DNA of 64,000 nt from contig OZ076409.1 of the NCBI GenBank assembly GCA_964187785.1, forward strand, positions 10,480,001 to 10,544,000. Direction: 5' to 3'. The notes beneath the pieces are model-generated. The model ran no database searches. It saw only the letters and a list, made by a program, of their open reading frames with translations, and had not been told where the DNA came from. The position numbers and the translations under genes were made by a program. Source of the stretch: Amphiscolops sp. MND2022 (Eukaryota). This document shows, piece after piece, positions 24,420 to 37,100 of the stretch (its first letter is position 1; every line of letters starts with the position of its first letter).

Positions 24420-25980
24420 TGTCACAGTCCGCGCCCGGACTGGATTGAATTAAAAGCAAACTAAAACTAATATAGGTCACCGCTTCGCCAATACGATTGA
24501 ATTTGCGTCGCGACTACGCTACGTCACAGCTATGGCAGCTAGCTAGAATTTCATTCCATATTGTGACGTCAGCATGTCGTCTAACTTGGCAGCAAGTCAG
24601 AAGTTCATTCCAAAATGTGACGTCAGCATCTCGTCTAACTTGGCAACTAGCTGGAAAGTATTCCAAATCAGACGACGATATGACGTCACAGCTATGGCAG
24701 CTAGCTAATTTTCATTCCAAATTTACGTCCACTATAACTGCGGACTAAGTCTAATACTAATACGTACGTCCACGTTACGTCGCAAATCCATCAAAATAGC
24801 TGTTTTAATCCATCCAAAACACCACATTGACGTCCACGCGACGTCCACTATAATGGCGGACTAAGTGTAATACCAAATTTACGTCCACTCTACGTCCCAA
24901 TTTTATAAAATTAGGCGTTTTAGTCTGTATTAAATTTAAAAGAAGCTTTATTTTACTACGGTAAAACTAATCGAAGCTAGAATATGAATCAACGTCAACA
25001 CTACGTCGCAATTTAACTAACCAAACCAAATTTTGAATCTACGTCAGTATTGCGTCGACTAAGATTCAATTCGAACGGAACATGGTATTTAAGCCAGGAT
25101 TTTTCAGATTTACTTAAAATAACAGTGTTTGAATACGATTTACATTGAAAAGTCACAGTTTATATTCAATTTGTGTTAATAAAGTGAAGTCCAAGCTGGA
25201 TTTTAAATGTACGTTTTGACTACCTAATTTCATAAGTTCATATGCTGTTTGACGATGTCACGTCGTCTTTTGTTGTTGCTCAAAGGTGTTGCTCCTAACT
25301 TTAATCAGATAAATATTTATCAATTGTTGGAATATATAATTGTTTAGCCTCATGTAAATCAGTCACTCTCTTAGCATCACCAAATTGCCTAAATCAAGAT
25401 AATTAGTCATAATTTTCTTCAAGTGGAAATTCAAAATCAGGTATTAGTTGTTCACGTCAGCGTCATCTCCGCGTCGGTTTCTTACGAACCAAAGCAGAAA
25501 AACGGGGAAGTATTTCCGCTTTGACAGACTGAAGTAATATCTACTTCCTGCTTGGGAGGAAACAAAAGGACGCCGGAATGAAATGATATGATCATGATTG
25601 ATGTCTAATACTAGATTAGAATTGCCGTGTCTTAAAAATTGACGAAATGCTGACGAAGATCAAAGTTTTACCGCAAAATTACAGGAAGTGACTAATATCT
25701 CGATGGAAATGAAAGTACGCGAGTATGAACAGATGATGCTAGGAGGGTATATATAGCTTGTACCTGTAAACTTTATAATTCAATTTCTGATTCAATATGC
25801 TGTCTTGTATCAAATTCTACTTTGTTTTGTTAAAACAATTACTCTGCAAACTCCAATTCAAAATTGATAAATCCGAAAATCTTTTCATCAAGAGAAGCTA
25901 GAAAAGAAGAATGTCCTTCAAAAAAGCAACAAAAAAAATCAGAAATATACAGAACAACGACCCTAACAGGAGTCGTAACA
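24420..25980 (+). mobile_element. Solo LTR (1561 bp) of another family, inserted in A's 3' LTR
   Basis: TGTCACAG...GTCGTAACA flanked by the 5-bp TSD AACAG (24415-24419, 25981-25985). Removing it restores the sequence seen at about 12020-12045. Confidence 0.9.
24520..24900. repeat. ACGT-rich internal repeats of the solo LTR
   Basis: ACGTCACAGCTATGGCAGCTAGCTA x2; TTCATTCCA...GTGACGTCAGCAT.TCGTCTAACTTGGCA x2; ACGTCCACTATAA...GCGGACTAAGT x2. Confidence 0.85.
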
Positions 25981-28042
25981 AACAGTAACTGAGTTAGTCT
26001 CACGAAAGTTTGAGAATTCAGGAGTTGAGAATAATCAGCCTAAAAGTCTTGTTGCTGGTCCCAGCAAATCACGTATAATTCCACCTGAAAACTTAGACGA
26101 GGTAAAAACTTCTTTGACATGACAAAAGTCCTAGCAGTAAACCAAAAGTAAATGCTAAAAATCATAGCACCTATGACTATAAAGCACTCTGACTACCATT
26201 CCTGAGAGAATTTTGATTTTGAATCTGAAAACATCTCCGTAGCTCGAACGTCTACCCCTGTAAAAACAAAAGCGACTACTTCCAAAACAACCCCGGTGAA
26301 TAGTCGTAACAAAGGTTAGACAGTTTGAACAAGGCTGATATTGACAATATAGTGTGAAGACAAAAATTTAAGCTAGAAATTCTCCCATTTTTCTAACAGA
26401 AAGGTTTTCGGAACTTTGCTCACGCAGTTTCGACTTGTCTAATTGACAAATTTTAGAATAATGATTTTTGTGTGAAATCATTTGGGACTCACGTCCTTAC
26501 AAGTTCCGGGCGTCTAAGGGTTAAAATTTGCACTTTTGCGGTATGTACGCATACTTTCTTTGTGAAACAATACTCATGTAGATGTACTTTTTTTCCTTAT
26601 TCATGTGGTTTTTGGATAGTTATGCTAGTAACCAGAGAATCAAGAATTCGAGAAATTTGGTGACCGATTTTATAAGCTACTGAAACTTTGTATTTGATAG
26701 CTTCTTGCGGGTTACTGGTAACTATTTCAGACCGCAGAGTGGAAAGTATAACGATAAAACGAAGTTAAAACGTGATTAAGGAATGTTTGCATTTCATTTC
26801 CTTCAGTAAATTAAAAGCAGCACCAAAAAAAGAAGTTGTTTTTTAATGAGAAAACTAATGATGGCGATTTTGGGGTTCAGGCGAAATACGTTAAGAGCGC
26901 CATATGATTTACATTGGAAACTCCATAATCGAAAACAAACTAAATGGAATTGGGTTGATGAAAGTTTCATGAAGACAACTGAGTCGATATGACGCTTGAA
27001 TGTTAGCTAAAAACTAAATAGGAAAGTGCACAATTCAGTGTTTTGTTTAATATCATAACTGAGCCAAATAAAAAGAGTCTTTGTAAAATTGCTTTCTTAT
27101 AGGGGTTTGTAAATATAGCATGTGCGTTACATGAAATACAGAACAGAGATTGAGAGTTTGTACTCCTTTCAGAGGATCATCGGTGAAGCAATTAGTTGAG
27201 TGAAATATACATTTATGGAGCTATATGACTTGGCTTTGTTTTAAGAGTTTGGCTTTGTTTGAACGATGTTTGACTTGTAATCAAACGCAAACGGTCTGAA
27301 GTATGTGAAAAACATGTTATGGAAAGCCTTCATGTTTTTAGTTTCCAATACATGCATAGCATGCTTCTACACTTTCAGTGTCCTCATACTTGTTGTAGTT
27401 GACAATCACATCCGTCAGGTTTAAAAAATGCAAACAAATAGCTAGATAGTCTAATAGTGAACCAGCTCATATAATAAACTGGGTTATTAATTTTTCAATC
27501 TTTCAGAAATCAAAAAATTGAACCGAGTAAAAATTCATTAGTATGCTGTTAGGAACGTAATGTATGTGAGCCGATGCGACGTTCAGATAGAGCAAAAAAA
27601 CAGTCAGATACGTTGAAGCTGAATAGAATCTCCGATCAAGCTATACAGTAAGCTATTGCGACTCCATCGTTTGAAAGGGGGACTTTCAAATCCAAATATT
27701 TTAAAAACTGTCTTGATAACAAACAATATAAAGATCAATGAATCAAATTAAAATTCATCAAAAACATCTTTCGATTCCCATAAGTAAGTAGCTCGATCAG
27801 CAGAGTAAAAAATGAACAGCATTATATTCCGAAAATTTCGAAGCGCGTCGTTTTTAGTCTGCGCTTTTATTAATAAAAGAGCCCGACTATTACAGTCACT
27901 CGTTTTTTTTTCTTTTTTTAAAGACAGACTCGAAACGACGAACGTTAACGTTCAACTTAAGGAAAGTAAATACCAGGGAAACGCATCTAAGTTATTCCAA
28001 GGGGTCTCCTTTGGTTTTTTACTTTTTAAAGGTAACCTATAA

Positions 28043-28188
28043 AACCGGACGGGACTAAAGGGTCCCCCTTTTGATTTGTTTCCGCATTGTGCGACTTTTT
28101 TTCGAAATTTTTTTTTGTCTCCAAAGGAACCCCCTTCGATTTTATGAGCCTTAGATATAGCGCCGACTTGAGACGTTCCCGTCTTGTT
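28043..28188. mobile_element. Short interspersed non-autonomous repeat (MITE-like)
   Basis: AACCGGACGGGACTAAAGGGTCCCC...GCGCCGACTTGAGACGTTCCCGTCTTGTT; related copy at about 58935-59245, related internal sequence at about 7890-8050. Confidence 0.6.
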
Positions 28189-28649
28189 TCATTCTGTTTT
28201 ATACATTTTATTCACATCTTTCTACCATACAGTTGGATTCAAGCTTTTGTTATTTCTGAGTGTTGGCCGTGGGAAATGAAAAACAAATAATTTTGCTTTT
28301 TGTTGTACAAGAGGTAAAATTTCCTTTGAACCGATTTAGCGACGTTACCTTTCCCGTCGAGAATTACCCTCAAATTTGAAACTAATTTAGCAATCACACG
28401 TTTTCTGAGCTGCACTCTATATAATGTATCTTACCAGGTAGTAAATTGTAACACTTTATCCATGATTGAATTGACGGTAAGCAATCTTATTACCTTAAAT
28501 TGCAACGTTTTGTTCCAATGCTATACTTCAAACAAATGTTGGGCACATGAAGATATTTTTAACCTCATACAATGCATTTTGTAACTGTAGAAAAGTCACA
28601 CAGTTGACAGAGTATTCAACCCTTAAAAACTTATCTTGCAAAAAGCTGA

Positions 28650-30376
28650 TGTCGCAGGCGGCCGCCTGCGATGGCAACGTCTATACAATTGACCATTCGA
28701 AGCCAATTGCCCTACCTGGGACACTCCCATTATAAAACTAAAACTTTCAAACATTCAGTATTATTTTGAATATGTAATGTTGAGTGATGAATTGTTTTAT
28801 TATTCTTTATGTAAAATACATTTGACAGCAAGCTATACTGACAGGCGGAAAGGAAACGTGTTCAAATGTTTGCCTGTCCAGTATAGCTAGCTAAGCCGTC
28901 CATGGTCAATTGGCAATTCAGAGTGCAGTTTATAACAGCCATCTTATTACTTATTACGTAACTGCGCTAGTAGCTATTTAGAATGGACCAATACGGCCAA
29001 TTAACTTTGCCGGCCTTATTATGCTTTGAAGCTATACTTGAATAATATTCAGTAATTACAAATAGGACGAAAGCGGCTATGTGACATAGCTGTCCCTAAT
29101 CACTGTACTAATTGTCTTGGTACTATACAGTAAATAAGGCCTATCACGGCCAATTGACGCAATAAGCATTCAAATGCTGTATACCTATTATATGAAATTG
29201 GTGTCTCAATTAATTACTGATTGAAAGACACAAGTAACCCCCCATGCAATGACCAAACATGTATATTGCTAACATGTAGTGTTGCTTTCCGTGTTATGAT
29301 TGGGTTTGAATTAGAAAACCCTAACGGGCAATAGCGGTATGGGGTCTTCTTGTACATGTTCAAATGTAATGTTGCTCTGCGCTGTTAAAAGGAACTATAG
29401 GTCCTTTCCAGCTACTCATCAGTTGTGTTATACATGAATTCTATCTACATGTAAAAGTGTTTGCATATAGTATGCTGTATATGAATATCATTACCTATTC
29501 GTCACATGGCCTAATAGGGCACTTTGGTCTACCCGCCTTTATATGACCTTTGTGACGTAACGATGCTATTTTTAGCAGTGACGTGTCATATTTATAACTT
29601 GTAAGGTATTTTTAGTAACATGACAGTTAAAATTATGAGTGTCATGGTAACTTGGATATAAATACGCCCAGCTTGACCCTGACACAACAATTGTCTTAAT
29701 AATACGGTTATTGTTCAGTTGCTCTTATACATATTGTACAAGATTCACTGTGAAGCCTAGTTAATTTTGTCCACAGGAACAATTCAAATATTTACTCCTG
29801 GATAATCATCTTCAATGCCCTCTACAAGGAAACAAAAGTCAAAAGCCAGGAAATTGAGAGAATTAGATATGTTGTCCGACTACTGCAACATGGACGTAAT
29901 GTTTGGTGAAGGAATTTCAAACTCAATAGAGAGAGAACTAGATAGCCTAATTAATGTCCCAGAAAGGCAGCAAGGATTTCAATCCTTTCCTAACAGAGAA
30001 AATTCATCTCAAGAGAATGAGATCAGAGACATCGATAGTAGAAATGAGCCTGTTAGAGAAAGCAGGCTAGTAGAGTCATATAACATGTTGTCTGCAGAAA
30101 TGAATGCTAGGATGTCACGTGAGATGGAAACCATGATGGACCTAATGCAATCACAGATTAGCAGGGCCATTAGTTCTGCCATAAGTGAGAAAATTATCCC
30201 AGAAATACAAAACATGGTGGAACACTTGCCTTTGAGTCAACATGGCGTTGAGCCGTGTACGTCCACAAATGAGGACGGAATTGGGAATGTATGGAAGAAC
30301 GCAAATACGAAATTTACAAAGAAGGACTCAAGGTCCGCTTGTGATCTGAGGGATCATATGGACAACACTCCTTACA
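28650..30376 (+). repeat. 5' LTR of element B (1727 bp)
   Basis: TGTCGCAGG...CTCCTTACA, highly similar to 47862-49600; TATAAATA at 29657-29664. Confidence 0.95.
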
Positions 30377-31506
30377 TGGTGACAGGAGCTAACGAACTCC
30401 AACATCCGATTCCTGAATTCCTCACAGGACGAATTCACTCTCAGCCAGACCTTCAGAGACAAGAATCCGCGCATGATACAACTCTGGATACAACTCTACC
30501 AGTGGCGGAGCCCGTTACAACTGAACAGCCACAAGACCCCATCAACCGACTGACCGATGTCCTGGTAAATCTCCAGAACAAACCACTGACAATGACAATT
30601 AGACCAGTCACTACGAACCTCATGACATTTGACGGCAAATCAGAAAAATTTGAATTGTTTGAAGGCTTATTTCATACAATGATCAAGATGCAGCCAGCCA
30701 TGACGGAACAAATGAAAATAAACCATTTTCATTCATTGCTCCGAAAAGGAGCCCTGCAAACTTTCCGAAATATAAACTCTATAAACCGTCAAACACTGGA
30801 AGACGTACTCGTCATTTTTCGTCGCAAGTACGTTAAACCCGAGTCTCAAGCCACGGCCAAACACAAGTGGCAAAGACTCATTTTTAACCCCAACACAATG
30901 AAACTACCCGACTTCCTCGAAGAACTCAACCAGGGTGCCAAAAAAGCCTTCGGGAAAAAGCATGATCGATAGCCTCTTATATGCTAAGTTACCCCCAAAC
31001 CTCAAAAAATGCATGAATATGGCCCGACTGGAAAACGGGACCTACGAGGAGATTGTGGCACATTTGGAAAGAGAGCTTGAATTAAACGCCTTAGAAGAAT
31101 CTGACGGTCTACCCATAGCCACAATGGCGTCATCGTCAGGCAAAACGAAAAACCTATAATCCACTGGCATTGATTCCAACCAAAATAACAAATGCTCATA
31201 CTGCAAGGCGGAAGACCATTTCTAGAAAAATTGCCCAAACTGAAAAAGAAGAAGGAATTGGAGAGCAAAAATGGCAAGAAGCCTCAACGCCCAACTTATC
31301 CAGAATGTCCCACCTGCAACAAAACTAACCATCCAGCAGAGAAATGCTGGCGTGGTGCAGGTGCCCACCTTCGTCCAAAACATATTAGAAAGGACTCCAA
31401 CGATACGGAGCCCCCTCGAGACGAAGACACCCGCACTGAAAACGAAAAACCAACAACATCTACACCAGACCAATCCAACTCAAAAAAGCCTGATTCAAAA
31501 AACTAA
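29815..31506 (+). pseudogene. gag: gag of element B (frameshifted after codon about 380)
   Basis: ORFs 29815..30972, 30935..31159 and 31192..31506; TFDGKSEKF capsid-like motif; knuckle CPTCNKTNHPAEKC; ends SKN*. Confidence 0.9.
30377..30388 (+). promoter_or_regulatory. Primer binding site of element B (lies inside gag)
   Basis: TGGTGACAGGAG immediately after the LTR end. Confidence 0.9.
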
Positions 31507-34148
31507 TTTCGCCACGACTCCAAATTTCTGACCAAATGTCGATACGACAATATGTCATATCGGACCCAGCTAACATCGCCTACAAGCAATCACAGAGTGA
31601 CATCAACGGAACACCATCAGTTGTCTGGCAGCAACAGATGGAGAAAGCTTACATTAAAACGTACAAAATGGTCCACAACGACCGCCAAGACAGATACTAC
31701 GACATAGACTACACTACAGCTTTTGAAACACGATTCAGACCACTTCAACAAATCGAAGATTATGACCCCCACTATATTGATCGTGAATAGGGAGTCGATC
31801 CATACTGGGACAATTCCTTCTACGACCAATGAGAACTGCAATTCAAATGTGACGATCATCCGCCAACAGACGACGAGGATGACCCCGAAGTCCTAGATAA
31901 CAAGCTAACGAGGCACTCATCGAATTGTGGCAACCTAACTCTGAAATCATCAATGAGCAGGAGATAGAGGATCCAACTATTGAAAACGGACAACAGTCCG
32001 AACCAGGCCTACTGGACGAATCAGCTTTCTTACATGTCCTAATAACAAAAGAAGGAGAACCAGCGTACATACCCTTATCCACAAACCTCGGACTCAAATA
32101 CAAAAAACGGATGCTATATTTCCCGATGGACTTTGGAGAACTACTAATAGACGGCCTCATAGACACTGGAGCCTTATCTAGTCAATTCCGGAAGCAGACC
32201 TCAAGAAAATACGCCTATTGGCGCCTCAATCCATTGTCAAAGAAGGTCCTGCTCCAACATTTCAAATTATGGTCGCAAATGGACAATTGCAAACCCCAAA
32301 AAGCACTGTTGAAGTTAAGTTCGAGGTGGGAGATATTGAATTTCATGAAATATTTTTGGAAATGGAAAAGCTGACTGGCCCCATCATAGGACTAATGTTC
32401 CTTCAAAGGAATCACACAGTCCTGGACATGCGACAAGGCATCCTTAGTTTCCCCTATTTCTCCATGCAACTCAAAACGGCTGACCACAAATACTCTAACG
32501 TCTTGGAACCTATTCTTAACCCAGACGATGTCACAATACCACCCAATGACCGTACTCTAGTTGAAATCAAATCACAAATCTACAATGAAAACACGGTCAC
32601 AGGAGTGTTACAACCCAGTGATCTCCTACATGAGGAGGGCGATATCACCTTTTGTGCCGCAATAGTCACATTGACTAATGGAACCGTTAATGTCCATATT
32701 AATAATTTCTCAGATCAACCTCACAAGCTTAAAAGAGGACTATACATTGCAAACTTCTCAGTACTAACGCCAGAACAGATGAAACACGTTAAACCAATAG
32801 ACCCGGTGTCCACTTGGCATCTTCTCAACGAAAATGAAGAAGACGCGATCTACTATGTCAGTAGTCCACTCAAGGCCAACCGAAACAACGATCAATACGA
32901 ACAGTACTGGTTTCCAACACCAGAGAACCCAGGGGACGAGGATTCCCACTCTTCTATCCAGCGACGGATTCTTCAAGAACTACGCAACCTCCAAGAGGCC
33001 GAGCAACTAAACCCTCGAAACGATGAGGAGTCACGACGTAAATTCCTTAGCAACTTTGACTGGAAAGACTCGATGCTACACCAGCACGAAATCAAAAAGA
33101 TTGAATCGCTCCTAGTCGAATATCACGACATATTCGCCAGACACAGATTTGACATATGAATGAATGAAGAATTCACAGTCAAACTAACTCCTAAGGACGA
33201 TTCGCCTGCATATAGCCAAAGTCTTCCTACTCCAGTCAATTTAAAAGAGGACATCCTCGTCGAACTGGCCCTTTTGCACAAATATGGCATCATAACTACA
33301 TTGCCATTCTCTAAATATGCTAGTCCAATATTTGCACAGAAAAAGCCGAATGGGAAACTGAGACTTTTAGTCGATTTAAGGAAAATCAATAACCTTTTTT
33401 CAGATGACTATATAAATAACATTCATCCAGTTAGCACCTCAACGGACGCCGCACAGCATATGGCGGGCAAGAAATTATTCTGTAAACTTGACTGTTCACA
33501 GGCGTACCATTGCCTTCCAATGGCGGACCAAAGGTCCATTGAGATGCTTGCGTTCAACTTTGAGATGCTTGCGTTCAACTTTGCACTTTTGCTTACAGAA
33601 GACTAGCTCAAGGCCTTAGCAGAGCATTATCAGTCTTTTCAAGTTTTATGCGAGAATACCTCGATAAAGTCATCAAAGCCGATCAATGTGCCCAATATTT
33701 GGACGACATCGGCATAGCTGCCAATGACGCCGATCATCTTATCAAAAATTTGAGAGCATCGTTTGAATGCATCAGACATGCAGGCCTCAAGCTAACAATG
33801 CACAAATGCCCATTTGGGACAGCGGAAATTGACTTTCTAGGGAGGGCAATCACCCCTGGAGGGCGTCAAACCACAAAAAGAAAGAATAACGAACTTCCTC
33901 GAACAAACCAAATTCCCAAAATCCAAGAAAGCACTACAACGATACCTTGGATTCCTGAACTATTACAGGAACTACATTCCAAGACTATCTGAAAAACTAG
34001 CCCCTTTCTTCCAACTTCTCAAAAAAAACGAAAAATTCCTAGTGACCACAGAGCTAGTACAACAATTTAATGAAATCAATCCAGACCTTGACGAGTGTAG
34101 TCAATTGGCTCTTAAACAACCTTTACCGAACAAACAACTAGTCCTCAT
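31497..34148 (+). pseudogene. pol: pol of element B, 5' part (PR, dUTPase-like insert, RT)
   Basis: LIDTGA; KKPNGKLRLLVDLRKIN; KLDCSQAYH; QYLDDI. Confidence 0.92.
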
Positions 34149-37100
34149 TGAAAACAAATGATTGGTGTTCAAATATATATTAAAACCCCACCACAGACAT
34201 ATACAAAACTGAATTCAAACACAATGAAATGTCACAGATTCCCGGTAAACAAAACTAAAAAATGTAGCGCATCGTCACCAGGCAACAGCCGAGTTAGTCA
34301 AAAGACTCTGGCGTCACTAGGATCTGACAAAGGGAAAAACTAATTTCTCAATTTATTCAAAAGTTGTTGTGCCTTTCGCTTCTGCTTTGCACGTTGTTTG
34401 GCTGAAGGCTTGTTCTTCGACTTGCTTCTAGTTTGCTGTACAAGTTGCCGTAAATTGTGCTGGTATTTCAGTACAGTAACTATCAAATTCAGATGCAATT
34501 CGACAGAAACATCTGAAGAAGAAACATCAATTGTCATACTGAAAAATAACACGTTGAAGCGATTGGCAGGGGATAAATTAACGATAAATGAACACCATTA
34601 ATGAATAAAAAATATTGGTAGATTCATATATTGCTAACTGTTCTGGTGCAGACGATTGATAAAATTAGTCATGTGAATCGCAAACACCATCAATGAGCAA
34701 CTTCCGAGTTAGTCAAAGGACTCTGGAGTCGCAAATGATGACGCCTGTCCAACACCGATAATTCGTTCCAGATTGCCATAATTAGCGCTTGTTGTTTTCG
34801 TTAAACAATCCGCAAGTTGTTTACTCGAGGCAATCCAATTAAGTTTCAATTTCTTTTGTTCGTTCACTAAGTGTTTCAGATGACTCATGTCTTGAACAGA
34901 TTTTGTAGACTTCACCGCATCAACCAGACTTTTGTTGTCGACATAAGCAATCTGTGGTAACTTTTTTTCCAGTCAATTCAGTAATCAACTTTCCCACAAG
35001 AAAAGCAGTGTCGCTACCATCAATAGCCGCCATTGTTTCCGCAGCTATAGTGCTTCTGACCACTCTTTTAATCCTTCGACTTTGCCAGGACACTGCAACA
35101 GCTTGAGACTTCTCATTTCCGATGAGGAGAACATGTCCTCCTTGGGTTCCTCCGTCAGGCAGATTAGCCCATGAGGCGTCCGAAAAACTGAACAGAGCCC
35201 AGTTCTCCATCGAACCAAGATTTCGAATGAACATGTCGAGTCGCCTTCCTGTCTTCACTTTTCGGATTAGCTTATTCAATCTCGCAATATCGCTAACAGT
35301 ACTAATATTTATAATTCCAGCTAAGAATGTAACAGAGAAGCTGATTTCGGGCATACATTGCATGGCAATCCAATTTAATTTACCAATCATCTCACGCATC
35401 TGGTCTATTTCAGCGTCGGTGGTGTTATCATCCTTTGGACAATCTTTTCGCACGGCGATTTCCTCCAATTTATTTGCGTAATCGCCCATTGAGAGTTTAA
35501 TCCCCTCATCAGTTCGAGATATGTCTAATTTCAAGTATCGATATGGAAACTTCTTTCTTGAACCTATCGTGAACACAGTGGCTAACTTTTTCACAACGAG
35601 TCGAAAAAATAGGTCAGTGCCAGCAGTCCAGAAATCGTCTACGTGCACACATATAATGCCTTCCAGATTTGTGCCCTTTTTCCAGTAAAACAACGACGAA
35701 TCGAAGGAAGACATTTGACATCCAAGAGAACTTAATTCATTCAGTTTTGACTCTGTTATACCAATGACGCGAGGCATCCAAAAGTCCATAAACACTTTTC
35801 TTCAGTTTCCACAAGCACGTATCATCCCACTCCTGAGGAGGAGCTAGATAAACAAGTCGTGATAGCGACTCCCCTTGAAGAAAAGCCGTTTTGACGTCCA
35901 AAATTTCTGTTTGCCATCGTGCTGTGCAGCTAAAATTACCAGCAGAGTGCGGAAAGTTGCTTTGAAAAATGTCGGCCAATCTTTGGTTTGTTCTGCTTCG
36001 TTTCCCAAGAAACCTCTAGCGACTAAGCGGGCTTTTCTGCTGCCGTCGTCCTTTACCGTTAAGATCCAACGTGTAGTCACTCTTGCTTGCCCTTCATCAG
36101 GAACACGTTCAAATACATCGTTTTCATTCCAACTTTGATATTCAGCCAATTTTGCTTCGTGGAAGTCATCATTCATGGTAATTAAAGCTAAATTTGTATT
36201 TTCTGCCTCGTCATAGGACCATTCAGAAACATCGTTTTCAAAATCCACTGGGCCTGTTTTACCAGCCATCGATTCCGGGTGCGTGTACTCAATGTTAGGC
36301 CAGTTCTTGTGTTTGCTTTTCGCTTTTCCAGCACGACTTAGCACAAATCCTTTGAAATCATTTCCATGATCATATTCGTAGACTGTTTTGAACGTGACAT
36401 TTGATTTTGTACCAGGAATTTTACCAATTCTTGACTCTTGTAAGCTTTCATTGTCGTTTATTTTTGAGGTTTGTTCCTCAGTGATTCTATCCTCGCCAAT
36501 TTCCTGTCCAGAACAATCTGTTGGAACCGAATATTCCCGTACTGGTTCTCCGTCCGAAGAACCGACGATTTCCGATAATTTAGTTTCACCGAGATCTTCC
36601 TGATCCGATTCGTGTTGCATGGAGTCGCCAACTGCGTCAATACCAGTGTCGCCTTGTGCTATACGAGCCGACTTCGCTGGTACTGGTGCTGCCGATGCTG
36701 TCTTTACGCCTCTCAATCTTGTCCTGTGTACCTTGAGAACGTATCCACCATGTTTCACCAGGATATTCGTGCCATCAACTCCTATCACTTTTCCTGGTCC
36801 CTTCCTTTCATTGGCATTTTCTCGTTTATAGAACACTGAATCACCAGTATCAAAATTTTCTTCTTTGCAACGAATATTTGCTCGCAATGCTCGTCTTATT
36901 CGATCTGCATTTTTGGACTGAATGTAGGCCTCTCGTGTTTTGTGTAACGTAAATAGGTAAATTCTAATCACATCCGAGGTTGTGACGTTTTCCAAGGCTG
37001 GTAGATCTTGGTCGAGTGTGCTGGGTAATCGTGGAGCATACCCGCTAACAATCTGCTGAGGAGAAAAACCGTCTTTATTGGAAAGACAATTTTTTTGCAA

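Larger units (their letters stand above)
8646..26311 (+). mobile_element. Ty3/Gypsy LTR retrotransposon A (degenerate, with extra genes)
   Basis: Related TG...CA LTRs at both ends, PBS TGGTGACAGGAG, gag with CCHC knuckle, PR-RT-RH-IN order. No matching TSD, and the LTRs are visibly diverged, so it may be composite. Confidence 0.85.
22573..26311 (+). repeat. 3' LTR of element A (about 2.2 kb net, split by a solo LTR)
   Basis: Preceded by purine-rich GAGAGGG; starts TGTCGCGAC and ends GTGAATAGTCGTAACA. Confidence 0.85.

Noticed and set aside
33541..33582. 21-bp duplication (EMLAFNF x2) in RT
   Set aside because: A local post-insertion lesion next to a frameshift; no functional implication.
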